Shown: positions 1 through 14,446, counted from the stretch's first letter. The stretch is 64,000 nucleotides of DNA from Nymphaea colorata (GCF_008831285.2 NC_045138.2:7068001-7132000), one strand, 5' to 3'. Numbers and translations are program-made. The notes: generated by a model from the sequence alone, not told the origin.

Positions 1-142
1 AATGAATGTCAGCTGAAGTTTGTTCATTTTTATGGTCTGAACTGCTTGAGCTACTGCTGTTTACACTTTGAGATGGACAATCTAAATCTAACCGTTGTTT
101 CTTTCCCACGTTTACACCTTATCGTTTCTTTTCCCTGCTAAG

Positions 143-444
143 GAACTCAATTCTGAAGCTGATCGTCAGGCAAATTTAGCCATTGTTCTGGCAGGTATCG
201 ACCATTTATTTTTTCCATCTTATATAAAACTGTTTTTAATTGTCATCTCATTTTTTAATGTTCTCCTGTTACTGAGCTGTAGGTATGTGACTGGTACCAA
301 TAGTTGAAGGTTTTTTGGTTGCATTATTGAGTATAAAATGCTTTAGTTACTAAAAATGCCATTTTATGCCTTGCATCACATAACATTCCTCCATTTGCAG
401 ATGGTGAAGTTGAAGAGGAATATGAGAACAAGCTACTAACATGA
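143..444 (+). CDS. 3' end (last two coding exons, 143-194 and 401-444) of a plant RNase H1-family protein; gene starts upstream of the window
   Basis: AG|GAACTC...GCAG|GTATCG and TTTGCAG|ATGGTG...TGA splice in frame to ELNSEADRQANLAIVLADGEVEEEYENKLLT*, resembling the RNase HI C-terminal (R)ExNxxADxxAN motif and the plant RNase H1 tail. Confidence 0.85.
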
Positions 445-1041
445 TAACGATTTGCAGCTTAAGTTTACCGGCTTGTATGCATGCAGAAAATGGTTCTGCT
501 AACCAGACATAGCCTTCTTATCAAGTTTTGTTCATGATTCTATCTTTTGTAAGATACGTGTATATATTAATGTTGACTTAGGCAAAACTTTGCTGTTTTA
601 AGCAGGCAATTCTTTCTGTTACTAATTATTGGCTTACCCCGATGTTATATTCCAACTCGTATGGTTTATAAAGAGACTAGAGGATTGCTTGAGACGGCCT
701 TGCTTATACTTTGAGAATTATAAGGTTAGCTTAGTGAGCTGCTGTTTTTCCATTAGGAGAGGCATGCTTATAACTGTGCTGTCACCAACACTTAAGAACG
801 GTGAATTCTAGTGAAGAAACTTCAACTCGCCTGGCTTCTTAAAGAACGATGGTTGAACTTGTGTTCTGTGAAGTCACCTAATAAACTAACAGAATCGTCA
901 GGCTTCGTCTAGCCGCAACTGGGCCATTATTTTTCTTTTGAAGCAGCACGAAACGAATTATGTTGAGAAAAGGTCTTGTGAATACATCAAAGAGTAACTC
1001 AATATCGACGGTTGCAAATTCAGATAAAACGATCAAATCTC

Positions 1042-1073
<32 letters not shown>

Positions 1074-4000
1074 ATATCATGGGTAAAGTTAATGTTTATT
1101 AATGTTTATGGAAGAGTATTGGATAGTGAGATAACACAAATTAGTGGTATTTTCCCATAGAAAGACAAGTACTAACATATTTTCAGATAGACCTGGGTTC
1201 TTTGTTGGTTTGCGGGGTATAACTTCACATCAACGCATCAGTATATGCTTGGATGAAAGGTCTAGGAATGTGGATAAATCCCGTTCACATAATCAGATTG
1301 GGTCTCTACTACAATTGCATCAAAATGTCCGAATGAAAAAGAATTAATGTTTGAATCGGGTGTTCGATTGGATTCAAGTTCTGTTTTGAATAAATATCTG
1401 ACTGAATTTTGATTCCAATTTGAATTCAGTTTCAAATAAATATCTTGTATCCAATGTCTGAACATTTTGGAAATCCATTCTTAATTCACTATAAAGCAGT
1501 TTGGATTTAGTTGTGCATTTAAAAGATGCATTTGAATGCAAAAAGTAAAAGTCAGGTTCAGATGTGAAAATAAAAGTCAGATTTGGATTGGGTCCGTATT
1601 GTAAATTTAAAAATCAGATTCAGATAGGGTATGAACTTTTCTTGTTTGAACTCGAAATAGAATCAGAATATGTGAAACATTTGTAAATTGGATATAATAA
1701 AGGGTGCATCTGATTAAAATCATATCATTTGACCTCCCTAAGAAGAAACTAAGCGGACTACCAGCTGCCTGTGGGCATTACTCTTCTAAACTGCAAACGA
1801 TGGATGCTTTACACTCTGGGTATCTGCTTCCTTGACATGGAAAAAAATGGGTGGGGTTCCCTTAGAGGACTAAAATTTTTGGCATGTGCACACCTCTTGA
1901 GGACTCTAAAATTTTTGGCATGTGCACACTCTATAGTACTCCAAAATTTTTTAGACTGTCGGCAGCAGTTTTTTGACGGCTGGAATTTCAGGAAAAAGTG
2001 AAAAAGGTAAGTAGGATACAAGAACACGAATGATGACGGTGGCGTAGAAGATCATGACATTATTGAAACAGGCTAAGACAAGATTCATAACAAGCAAAAA
2101 CGAAGGACGAAGGAAACAAACATCATCATAACGATACCAAACATCTTTATTTTTCTCTTGAAAATATTGAGTTGTTTGTTCCTGGACAGCGGTGCTTATA
2201 AATGGGGACCCCATCTCCCCCCACTAATTTGATTAAACTTTCAAATAACAAAAATTTCAAAAAAAAAACAAAAGTTTTATGTGTGTCATCCAAAACACAC
2301 AAACCAATTCTTAAAAAATGTCTTAAAAACATTTTACAAAACCAATTTTTTCGAAACGGCTTTTTATGAGGGTATCATCCTAATATGCGGTAATTTTTTT
2401 CACCTTCATTAAATGCGGCTCTTTCTTCAAATTTTGTTAACTTTTCTTTTAGGGGTAGGTTGGTCTTTTCAAACACTCGAACATTCCTAGATGTAAATGG
2501 ATTGGACTTGAATTGGATCTTCCTTTTATCATATTTGATTTATAGATGATTATTTATTCAGATTCAAATTCAAAGTAAGAAAAGTCTAATACCACATCCA
2601 AGTTCGATTCTAAAGTTTGAAACTTGAACCTGAATTTTAAATACACAACCGAATTCTATCTGCATTAAAAGAGTTATATGAGTTAACGCTTACACAAGTT
2701 AAACAAGTTAAGTGGGGTAAACGAGTTAAGTACAAGCCCGATTTTCTAAAGTGGAGTAGAACTCTAACTTGCCATAAGGAGCTTGACTAGAGTTTGAACC
2801 GAACTCGATATAAAGTTTTTTGAATGGGGTCGAACTTAAGCTCGGACTCGACTCAGTTAGTAAAGATGGTACAACATAAAATAACAAAACTCTCTAATCA
2901 AATTCAAAGGCTTAGATACCTAGTATGTAGACCAAACAATAATGAAGGGAACGAATAAAAAAGAAAAATAATATAATTTTGTCCCCTTGGAGCATAAACG
3001 AAACGCAACTTATCAATTGATTGATGATGTAATTCACCCAGACTTTTTCCCCACAGAATCCCTTAAATCATGGCCCAATATTTACTACCAAAGATGCATT
3101 ATAGGCCGTACTGGGAGATAGGGTCCAGTGATTGGTCCGGTTGACAAATGTATAAAGTAGTCACAATAGCAGACTGAATAGAATTAGCTTGACTGTCAAT
3201 TGAGTGAACTGGTCGATCGAGCAGTTCAGCTAAATTTAGATTGAATCTGTAAAACGATACCATTATCATATACATTTTTTTAAAAAAACATGTGTAAAAA
3301 ATAATACAAAAAAAATTGTGACGATTTTAAAATAAAGTGATCAAGCATATGAGAGTGACCACTCTGGATATGAATAGAAAATTGCTTCGCCACTAATTTT
3401 GATTGGATATGCAAATTCACATCTGGTAAGACCCAGCCAATTTTCTAGGTCACAGCCTAATATTCGACCTTTTATAGATAGACTGCCGAAGGAGTGAAGG
3501 CACATGCGCATATGGTGTGGGCAATTGCCCACACAAGCACACAAAAAGTGTCTAAGGCTTCAAACATTTTTTTTCGTGTACATACAGGTGCCTCTTAACC
3601 AAAATTTTATGGCTCCGTTCATGGACTGCTACCAATCAACCTTTTAGCAAAACTCTCATGTTATGTTTGATTCCCCAAGGATCTTAAATCCACGATAGCT
3701 GAAATCCACAGTTGATTTCAACATCCACCTCTAATGTGGATCTCAAATCCATGTTGGAGCGTAAAAATCATGGATTTGCGACATTCAGTCACCATGGTTG
3801 ATATACATAACTAGGATTAAACACAGGTAGGATACTAAGTTTATAAACATACCTTTGCCAGAGGTTCCCCTAGGAAACCAAAGCTTGATTTTGATGAGGG
3901 AGTTTCTATACCAAGTTGCAGGGTGCAGCATGAATTCTTCTTCATTTAGGTTTTAGTTTTTCAATGAACTGATAGAAAAATAAATTCCCCGGCCCATTTG

Positions 4001-5084
4001 TTATCCTTTTTCCATCCTTTTATTAAGATAATTTAGTTCGAGTGCGATTATTCACATTATACAAACATGATGCAAGATCAGAATCATAGTGGATTTTTGC
4101 CGAGCAGTGACGGAGTAAAAAAATTTTGGCAAGAAGCATGCAGCAAGCAAACCTGGGTCCAATGAGGGTAGCAGCTATGGTTGGACCCTGCAGGACCCAT
4201 GTCCCCTTCTTCTTGTAGAAAACCTGCAGGCCCATGTGCACAATTGCCCACACTGACCCACACGTGGCTTCAGCACTTCAGGTTGGCAGAATTGCTTGTC
4301 CAGTTTTTTTTTTTAAGTGAGTAATCAAGTGGATACGATACAAATCCATTGTAGGCATTATTCATTTGGACTATAAATGGTAGCATATATAATTGTCGAG
4401 TTGAAGAAGTTCACCTAAGTTCTAAAAAAACCGAGGAGCAGGGTGAAGGGGAAACCCGACTTCTTACCTTAGAAAAAAAGTTGGACAATTATTTGTGAAA
4501 AGTCAAATGTTTGGCCTATCGTGGGGAACAACAATTAAGGAACCTCGATTTTACTGCCATGACATTGAGCTAAGAAAATCTTTTTTTTTTTTTTTTTTTT
4601 CCCATCAAAAGTTGATGTTTGTGAAAAGACAAACATTATTGAGCTGGGAAAATATGTCACCACATTGATTTTAATTTTTTTACCGAAGCAAATTTTCCTA
4701 ATTCTCAATGATTGGTGTCATTTTTTTCAAGAGCAGGAGGGAAAAAACATGGCCCACTTTGAACCATACTTCAATCAGGCCTTTTTTTTTTTTTTAGGAG
4801 TACTACTCTTTGACTCTAGCTTTATATTTTCACTATCAGAGCAAGGCCTGAGTAAAATATTTGCATTTTTCATAATTTACTTGGCATTGTCAGAGTTGTA
4901 TGACTGTACATATATGGAAGTATATGGCATTCTGCATGATAAATATAGAAGGAAGGAAGAATCCGAAATTATGGAAGGAAGATCATGCCATAATGACAAA
5001 AGAAATCTTGCTGTTACACATAAGCAGTTAAGAAAAGAAAGAGATAAAAACAAAAGTGGAAATCAAGATATTATACCATTATAG

Positions 5085-5309
5085 TGTGGAACAAATCCAC
5101 CAAATGTGGACACAGAATGTATATCTTCTCTTTAGTCTATTTAATGGAACCTCTTTGTAACGATAAGGTAGTGTAGAGAGTTAGAGAAACTATTCGTGGA
5201 TGTAGCCGGTAGATCGTTCAAGACTGAACCACGTTAAAACCCTTTTCTTGTTTCCTTGTAACTTCTCTTTCTAGTTTACCCCCTTTTACACTGCATGCAT
5301 TGGTGTACA
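5085..5309 (+). mobile_element. Copia-type solo-LTR-like remnant (second copy ~6924-7136)
   Basis: TG...CA ends, TATA-like CTATTTAA and the CGTGGATGTAG...GAACCACGTTAAA motif typical of plant copia LTRs; no clean TSD seen. Confidence 0.5.
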
Positions 5310-7504
5310 GATCACAGCCCTATGTTTCTTTTTTCTTTCTAATGTTTGCTTCTTTGGAAAAGTTTCTCCACTTGCATGGTTGGAGTACAGGAAAAAAAAA
5401 AAAATCATTGCGTTTACTATAGGAAAAGGGAAAAAAGTTCACTACCATTATAATTATATTATATATTTTCAGGCCATTTAAGGGGCGCAGATTATGTTAG
5501 ATGGGGGCTGGAAAGCAGGTTTTCAGTTTGATTCTCATGATCCCTATGCTCATGTATCACCGCTGCCATCATTGACACTGGCAGTTCAAGTCTTTGAAGG
5601 TAGGAATAATGAAATGACATTTGGGCCTCATTGACGCGGTAGAGATGAACCCTCCTCCACCCGAAATCTCTGGCTAGAATAATGATTTGCTTTTAGCAAG
5701 ATTTGAAGGAGGTTGAATTGAATAATGAGCGCCTCGAAAGCATTAGTCATGTAACTAAAGACTAGTTTGGCCGGCTGAGCAGTCGGACTTAACATAGAGT
5801 GGAGGCAGCTTGTTCTTTGTTTAAGGGTATTTTCTGTTCGATCTAAGGGTATTTAAGTGTTTTTACTTTTTGAATCTTGTCCTTATAAGTCAGTCTCTTT
5901 CTTGTTTTCCTTGTTTGAATTTAGGGGCATTTTAGTCTGTTAGTATCAGGCATTTGGTATAATCCGCATAACTCGCCGGCTGGATATGTTTAAACAAGAA
6001 ACACTATTTTATGGTAGGATGGCTCACACTCAATGGGCCCAACTTTTGAATTCTGCGGGCACAGTCACACTTTGGTGTGTAACTCATTTGAGTTATAAAC
6101 GATGACAAGCAAACACCCGAGTTGATGAATGTACTATTGGTCCATTCAAACCTCAAACCAAGTCAGAACCTTGACAGCATAAAGACATGGTGTTGGAGTT
6201 TTATGCCAAAGTCAGTTTACCCTAAATAAATATTTGAAGAAAAGAATATATAACTTAGGCTGGTTGAATTAGGAGGTGTCTTAGAGGGCTTTTAAATGTT
6301 TGTGTAACAATCATAAACTAAATATAATTGGTTAGATTGCCAATTCAGTGAATCGGTGGATTTGGGGATCCAATAGAATAAGTTAAAATCAACCAAAAAA
6401 AAGAAAAAAAAATCTGAATAAAAAAATGCATAATAAAAGATGTTTGTGAAATGTCAAACATTATTGAGCTGGGAAAATTTGTCACCACATTGATTTTTTT
6501 ACCTAAGCAAATTTTCCTAATTCTCAATGATTGATGTCATTTTTCTCAAGAGCAGGAGGGCAAGAACATGGCCCACTTTGTAACCTAGCTCAATCAGACA
6601 TATTTTTTTTCTTTTTAGAAGTACTACTCTTTGACTCTAGCTTGATATTTATGTGACCTAACTCTTCACTGCCCGAGCAAGGCTTGAGTAAAATATTTGC
6701 ATTTTTCATAATTTACTTGGCATTGTCAGAGTCGTATGATTGTACATATATGACAGTATATGGCGTGTTTCTGCATGATAAATATAAAAAGAAGGAAGAA
6801 TATAAAATTATGGAAGGAAGATCATGCGATAATGACAAAACAAATCTTGTTGTTATACATAAGTAGCTAAGAAAAGAAGGAGATAACAACAAAAGTGGAA
6901 ATCAAGATATTATACCAATATCGTGTGGAACAAATCCACCAAATGTGGACATGGAATGTGTATCTTCTCTCTAGTCTATTTAATGGAACCTCTCTGTAAC
7001 GATAAGGTAGTGTAGAGAGTTAGAGAGAGATGATGCAGGTCATTCAATACTGAATCACGTTAAAATCCTTTTCTATGTTTCCTTGTAACTTCTCTTTCTC
7101 GTTTACCCCATTTTACACTGCATGCACTGGTGTACAGATCACAACCTTATGTTTCTTTTCTCTTTCTAATGTTTGCTTCTTTGGAAAAGTTTCTCCACGA
7201 AACACTTGCATGGTTGGAGTATAGGGGAAAAAAAAAATCATCTGTGTTTACTATAGGAAAAAGGAAAAAGGTTCACTAGCATTATAAGTATGTCATATAT
7301 TGTCAAGCCGTTTCATAGATGGGGGCTGGAAAGCAGGTTTTTAGTTTGATTCTCATGGATTTTATGCTCTTGTGTCTTAAGATGGTAGGACATGACATTC
7401 AAGTTGAAAGGTGCGCTGTTGCCATCAATGACACCAACGCAGCTCAAGACTCTACAGTCATGAACAATGAAATGGCCTTCGGGCCTCATTGAGGGTGGTA
7501 AAGA

Positions 7505-7693
7505 CAAGGGCAGAGCCAAGGTAGGGCATGGGCCCTGACCTCGCCTCAAATTTTTTTTTAAAAAAAATTACATGTAAATTTTAAAAATTTCACTTGTTCT
7601 ATATACAAATTTCGAAAAATGATACTTTGGCCCTAGTCAAATTTAAAAACATTAATTCGGCTCTCTCATGAAAAATTTCTGGCTCCACCCCTT
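7505..7693. mobile_element. hAT-type MITE (CAGGGGCGGAGCC-like TIR family)
   Basis: Ends CAAGGGCAGAGCC / GGCTCCACCCCTT, 8-bp TSD GGTAAAGA (7497-7504, 7694-7701); empty site GGTAGAGA in duplicate copy A (~5638). Confidence 0.9.
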
Positions 7694-8822
7694 GGTAAAG
7701 ATTAACCCCTCCTCCACCTGAAATCTCTTGCTAAAATAATGATTGGCTTTTAGCAAGATTTGGAGGGGGTTGAATTGAATAATGAGCACTTCAAAAGCCT
7801 CATTCAGGTAACTAAAGACTAGTTTGTGCCTCTGACCGGTTGACTTAACATAGAGGGGAGGCAGCTTGTTCTTTGTTTAAGGGTATTTTCTTTTCGACCT
7901 AAAGGTATTTAAGTGTTTTTACTTTTTGAATCTTGTCCTTATAAGTGAGTCTCTTTCTTGTTTTCTTTCATTGAATTTAGGGGCATTTTAGTCTTTTAGC
8001 ATAAGGCATTTAGTATATAATCTGCATGCCTCGCGAGCTGGATATGTTTTAAGAAGAAACACTATTATATGGTAGGGTGGCTCACACTCAATGGGCCCAA
8101 CTTTTGAATTCTACGGGCACAGTCACACTTTCGTGTGTAACTCATTTGAGTTATAAACAATGATAAGCAAGACAATGATAAGCAAGACACCTAAGTTGAT
8201 GGATGTTCTACTAGTCCATCCAAACCCCAAAGCAAGTAGGAACCTTGTGGGCATAATAACCGCATGATGTTGGGTTTTTATGCCCAAGGCAGTTTACCTT
8301 AAGTAAACATTTGAAGAAAAAAGTATACAACTTAGGCCGGTTGAATTAGGAGGTGCCTTATAGGGCTTGTAAACGTTGGTGTAACAATCAGAAACTAAAT
8401 CTAATCGGTTAGATTGCTAATTCAGTGAATCAGTGGATTCGGGGATCCAATAGAATAAGAAAAAATCAACCAAAAAAAAAGAAAAAAATTCTGAATAAAA
8501 AAATGCATAATAAAAATATCAAGGTATTAAAATAATTTTTTAAAATAATGGATAACAATATTTGTGCCACTATACAGTTGATGAATCAAATCGACTCAAC
8601 ATCATGTTGATGAATCATGATGAGCCAGTTCATGGTAACCTCTTGCATTGGGAATGAATCATTAACTTTAGAGTAGAGAAAGCTAGAACCTTCTTATGAT
8701 GTATTTGCAGCTTCCAATTCTATTGAGTTCTTATGTTGGCAAATATATGAAGCAGGGTTTACACCAAATAGGTTGATAAGTTGTAGCTACAATTTCTAGA
8801 GAGTACTAGATACTAATGAACG

Positions 8823-9407
8823 TAGGAATATCAATGGATTGGACTTGAATTGGATGTACGATTTACCATATCGAATTTATCGGCTGTTCATATATTTGGA
8901 TTTGATTATGAATGAAGAAAAGTCTAATACCATATCCAAATTTTATTTTCAAATTCACAGTTTGAACCCAACTCTTGTTTTCATAATAAGACTTCTAGAT
9001 AACTAGATAAGAACCAACTTTCAAAATGTATACGCATCATATGTAAGATATATATTTTACGCTGAATCTGAATTCAAAATCTTGATCTGATTGGACGTTT
9101 GCTTAAAACCGATCCTAATTCAAAATCCAACTGGATGCATGTCATTTTTTATTAAAGAATCTTACCTCATTTCTTAATTGGATGTTAAGATATATATTTT
9201 AAGCTGAATCTGAATTCAAATCTTGATCTTATTGGACGTTTGCTTAAAACTGATCCTAATTGAAAATCCAACTGGATGCATGTCATTTTTTATTTTAGAG
9301 TCTGACCTCATTTCTTAATTGGATGTCAATTTTTTTGTTTTCCATATCCAATTTTTTAAAGCGTCTAAGTCAACTATCGAATCTGAATCTGAACTATTGA
9401 CATCCTT
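8823..9407. mobile_element. AT-rich MITE of the TAGGGATGTCAATGGAT-like family with an internal ~143-bp tandem duplication (~9045-9326); degenerate relatives near 1.26-1.74 kb, 2.5 kb, 33.9 kb, 37.5 kb and 43.4-43.76 kb
   Basis: Left TAGGAATATCAATGGATTGGAC, right CTATTGACATCCTT; many GGAT/ATCC subterminal motifs. Confidence 0.6.
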
Positions 9408-9941
9408 GAATGAACTAGACATTCTTAACTACATGTGTGTGCACAGTTTATTTGATTGGATATATACATACATATGCACAATATGTAGATTTCAAACACA
9501 CACACACACACACACACATATGTAGACCTTCTTTAACTTTGTTTCCTATTTTTGACAAATTGATCCAATCATATGAATGAATTTCGAATTTAGAAGTTGA
9601 TGGTCTTAAACATGTAGGTATGTAAAACCTGATTTACACACATCAAGAAATTTTGATTGTTATAATTCTTACATACTCAATTATTTCAAGGCCACTTACA
9701 TGGGTAGATCGAATAAAATGCTAAAAGCACATATGGAGGCACTTGAGAGGCACATTTTGAAATGCTAACGTAATAAGTATGACAACTGTACTGATAATGA
9801 GCTATTTAATTGATTTAATCAATAGTTCACACGGTGCAACATGTAAATTCATATATTGCTTCAAAACATATTGAATGCCTATCTGTATTTTTCGTTAGAT
9901 GACTTTTGAGTTACTTCACATATTTTCTTATTACTTTGTCC

Positions 9942-9972
<31 letters not shown>

Positions 9973-10118
9973 TTATGGCTTGTTTATTTAAGCAATATAT
10001 TGCAGTCAAAGCCTTACGCCTTCGCCAAACCACAATACAAAGAAAACTAATTAGAAGTGATTCTTTACTTAGCTTGATTACCACCATATTTTGGATACCA
10101 AGAATCTTGTTCCTTCAT

Positions 10119-10320
10119 CACTAAAAAAAAAGGATTCATCATCGCGTGGAAAAATGGACGTCGATAAAAGTACTTATCCAGATCGACATTTCGGTGAATA
10201 TGCTTCACCGATCTCCGAGGACGAGCGTCGCTAAAAATTTTAAAGATAAATAAAATCCATTGACATTGGAGGGCAGACGTCCGAAGGCAAATGTCGGTGA
10301 TTCCTCAGTTTTTTGCAGTG
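10119..10320. mobile_element. Short non-autonomous CACTA-type element (202 bp)
   Basis: Ends CACTAAAAAAAA / TTTTTTGCAGTG, 3-bp flanks CAT/CAA, GACGTCG/TGTCGGTG subterminal motifs; paralogous sites at ~22360 and ~30560 read CTTCAAGT without the insert. Confidence 0.8.
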
Positions 10321-10503
10321 CAAGTGTAAGTCGATTTTATCAAGTCTTTTCCTCATTTGACAATATACGGATAAATAAGATCATGTGACATGCATATATG
10401 TGTCTGAAAATAAGGTTAAAATAACTTTCAAAATTTGAGGTGATTGACTTTTCATAGTTCAAGAAAGGTCCCACCCAGGGAGGTCATAATGGGCGGCTAA
10501 AAG

Positions 10504-10552
<49 letters not shown>

Positions 10553-11694
10553 AAGTCAATATTGTTAATCACATTTATACTGATCTAGAAAATGTAAAGG
10601 AAATTGAGAATATAATTGTGGACCAATATATGTATAAAATAAGTGAATGGTGACTCTGACTATGAGGACTGTCCGATCCATCATAATGAAAGAAAACAAG
10701 GAGAAGAAGGTGTCAATTGATACTAGTTGATGAAAATGTCCCTCTCCCTTCCTCCTTGTCTGATCAACCATCTATTGTGATGAATCAAATGGTCTCTGTG
10801 AGTACTGAGCCGAGTGACTCTTGATGGCTAGAGTCACAATTCAATTCCATATATATACACACATATACTAGATGAACTTGGAACCTGATTTCGAAATAAT
10901 ACAAACAGGTCTTTTTGTTTTCATAATGTTTAATGAGAAGAAAAATAAGAAAGTTGTTGGTGTTCTTTGATTAATGTCATGTGCTTTGAGCTTTATATAT
11001 GTATCACACTCTGACTTTTTTATTATATCTGATAGATAAAATGCATTTGACCAATCTATACATCACATTTCTTGAGTTGAATAATGGATAAGAAAGAAAA
11101 AATTCCCAGTTGATTGCTCATGTTATTGATTGCATGAAAATGTACATGTCTCTAATATTTGATTGTTGACTGGACCTGTCTGCACATGATCTAGTTTTGC
11201 AAAAAATCTGTTAGAATTGTTCTATTAAAATGAGGTCATGGCAACTAGATTTGATTCAACCACTAGCCAATACCGGGAATACCATTTGTCGTATAGTATT
11301 TATTTCTAAAATATTTTTTATATTATTTATTTTTTAAACATGGGGATATAATAAATTTTGGCAATATCCAATGAATAGTCGATCAGCCTGGACGATTCAT
11401 ACAATGCATTGGTCACTCAATTTGTTTTCAAATGTGAAGTGATGGAAGAGGCAAAATTGTAGCATATCTTCCAAAGAGATGCACCATTGATATTGAACCC
11501 TTTCAATTGAGGGATAAGAGTATTTTATTGGAATGAGAGCTCAAGTCTCCTTTTCCTTTGTGCCCTTGTTTTTTAAGGGTCTAAGGTTGTCTCAGTCTCG
11601 TATGAACCTAACTTCAGTCTCGTATGAACCTAACTTTCCCACTCTATTGATACATACATAAAAGACTCCAATAAATCATACTAACAACATAAAA

Positions 11695-11830
11695 GACTCG
11701 GGCCTGGGCCCGGAAAAAGGGGCACCGGGCTGATCCGATAATTTATCGGGCCGGGTTGAGCCTGATAATTTTTTAATTTATTTTAATATATATATATATA
11801 TAATATATATATTATATATATAATATATAT

Positions 11831-11910
<80 letters not shown>

Positions 11911-12110
11911 ATTATATATATATATTATATATATATATATATATGAATATAATATTTTATTATAATTAATTATATTTATATATTATTTTATATTAAAAAT
12001 TTATTTTTTAATTTAATCGGGCTAGGCCGGGCTCGGGCCTGGGTTTTAATGGTCGGGCTGGGCCCGGGCTCAAATTTCCAGTGTTGGGCCGGCCCGATGG
12101 CCAGACTTAA
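11695..12110. mobile_element. GGGCC-rich MITE with central (TA)n; same family as ~32755-33065 and 50281-50563
   Basis: GGGCC/GGCCC-rich ends around an AT-only core; right end GGCCCGATGGCCAGACTTA resembles GGCCCGATGCCCATGCTTA at 50563. Confidence 0.65.
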
Positions 12111-13973
12111 GTCTTAACCAAGCGGCACTCACCATATGTTTGAGAGGCATTTATATATAAATATGCAAAAAATTTAGGTCCACACATGCCCACATCTGTC
12201 TTCGCTATTGCCTTTACCCTGTGTCGTGATAGAGCCTAAGATTTTTTATAAGGAGAGCTGAATTAAAGTTTTTAAATTTTGACAGCGGATGAAATATTAT
12301 TTTTCAAAATTTTTATATACAACAAGTAAAATTTTCTAAAATTTACATGTAATTTAAAAAAAAAATTATTGAGAGGGCCCAAGGTCCTTGCGACCGTGTG
12401 GTAACCTGACCCTATGTTAGGCCTACCACCTTCAACTTGAACTCTTCACCACCTTCAACTTGAAGGCTCCAATTAGTCCACTGCCCTTGTTGACAAAGTG
12501 TCATACTTTATTAACATAATAGATTAAATATCGGTCACAGTTGGACTAGGGCAAGTGAATATATATATATATGGATATATATAAAATGAAGCACTCAAGT
12601 AAGATTTACTTTGGAACCAATTTGTCTGCTACAAATAAAAAAGCCTCACTCTTTATGTTGTGTCTGCCAAAGTTGAAGAATGGCCAGCACGATCGTTGTG
12701 AGGAGCCAATTCATAATGGCTTCTCTTTCATATGGTAGACCTCACTTTACGTTACAATGGTTTCTTACCTAGTGTTGAAGCTTCATTTATTAGTAGCACA
12801 TGCAAGATGTTAATGAGACTTGCTAATGGTGCATGAACAAATTAAGATGTGTTCAACCGACAAATTCATTGCTGCATCAAGTACTAATGACCTACCCACT
12901 AACCTTATTTAGCAAAAAAATAATAAGAAACTATTTGCTTTTGTGACATTAGACAAATGCAAATTTAGCCCCATAAGCTCAATTATTGGTCTAGTCTACA
13001 TCTATACTCTATGGGGTGGGAGATCTATACTACATCACATTGGGCCCATTCGAGATACCAACATGCCCCTACAATTACGGGCTGAGGTAGAATTTTTTTT
13101 TAGAGGAGGGCGAATTATAGTTTCAAAATTTTAATATGAGCCAACATATTATTTTTTAAAATGTAGGATAAATGATTTTTTTAAAAAATTTACATGTAAA
13201 TGTTTTTTTTCCTTAAACTTTGAAGGGTGGTTGGGGGGGGCGGGGTGTGTGTGGAATGTTATTGTTCACCCAAAATTTCTTACAGTACAAAATGCCAAAA
13301 TGCTTGTACCAAATTCGAGCTAAAAAGCCTTGATTAAACTCCTATGAACCATAAAAGAGCACAAAAAATGAAAAACAAAATTCTTCAAGGACAAAATTTG
13401 ATAGGGCATTGATGTGGCCTCTTGTTAGAGATTTTTTTTTTTTTGGGTTTTCGATGAACAGGTGCCAATCTATTATTCAGAAAGAATAACAAATACAAAG
13501 AGTGAAAGAATGAAAAGAAAAGAAAAGAAAGACTATGTAACAAATCCACATGTACACATTGGAAATCATATTACCACCTCTGTCCAGTCTATTAGCATCA
13601 CTACCTCTGAAATATAAAAGATACATGCATCCACAAAAATAGCAATCAGAACAAGTCTGAATTTGTTGCAAGGTAGAGTTCAACCAGTTCTTCCATCGAG
13701 TATTATTAGATCTAACTGTAATGCTCGACACGCGGGAAGGAAGAAGCTCCAGGAAGCTGCGTAACAGGTAAGTTCTACAGGCAATGAAATCATCAGCATC
13801 ATAAAAAACCCGCTGATCAACATGGGATTCAATTGTCATCCAATAAGCAGAGTTAAACACATGAGCAGTGTAGCCGACCTAAACACCGGACCAAGCATGG
13901 CCCGAGGTTCTTCGCTAAAGAAAGTTGCTTTCAACTTCTCGCAAACGAAGGAAAAAGAAAGCTATGTCCTGAG

Positions 13974-14446
13974 TAGGGCTGCACATGAGCTGAGTCGAGC
14001 CCGAGCTTGGCCAACTCGAGCTCGACTCGACTGAAAGAACTCGAGCTCGAACTCAACTCGACTACACAAAATCAAGTTCAAACTCGACTTGTTTAACCCA
14101 TTTAACTCGTTTAGGCGTCAACTCATTTGACGTTAACTCGTGTAAACATTAACTCGTTTAATTCTTGTAAGCATTAAGTCATGTAACTCATTTAACTCGT
14201 GTAAGTTGTGAAAATTTGTTTTTACCTTAAAAGTTAAAACTAGTGAACCGGTTTTGGCGATATTATATACAATATCGGTTTGCGAGTTGAGTCAAGTTTT
14301 TGAAATTCGAACTCGACTAGTTTATCATTTCAAATATCTTTGTAAGCTCGAACTCAACTTGTTTATAAACAAGTTGAGCACAAACCAAGTTTTTTCAAGC
14401 AAATTCGAATCGAGCCCGAGTTGGCTTGGCTTGTTGTGTAGCCCTA
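13974..14446. mobile_element. hAT-type MITE (TAGGGCTGCACA family)
   Basis: TIRs TAGGGCTGCACA / TGTGTAGCCCTA, 8-bp TSD GTCCTGAG / GTCCTAAG, many CTCGA/AACTCG repeats. Confidence 0.9.

Larger units (their letters stand above)
4614..8515 (+). repeat. Direct tandem duplication: copy A 4614-6438, copy B 6439-8515
   Basis: Both copies start GATGTTTGTGAAA..CAAACATTATTGAGCTGGGAAAA, end CTGAATAAAAAAATGCATAATAAAA and are collinear throughout; B is longer mainly through a MITE insertion. Confidence 0.95.

Noticed and set aside
4665..5084. 139-aa ORF in the 2-kb duplication
   Set aside because: Non-ATG start, low complexity, frame broken in the sister copy, no recognisable domain
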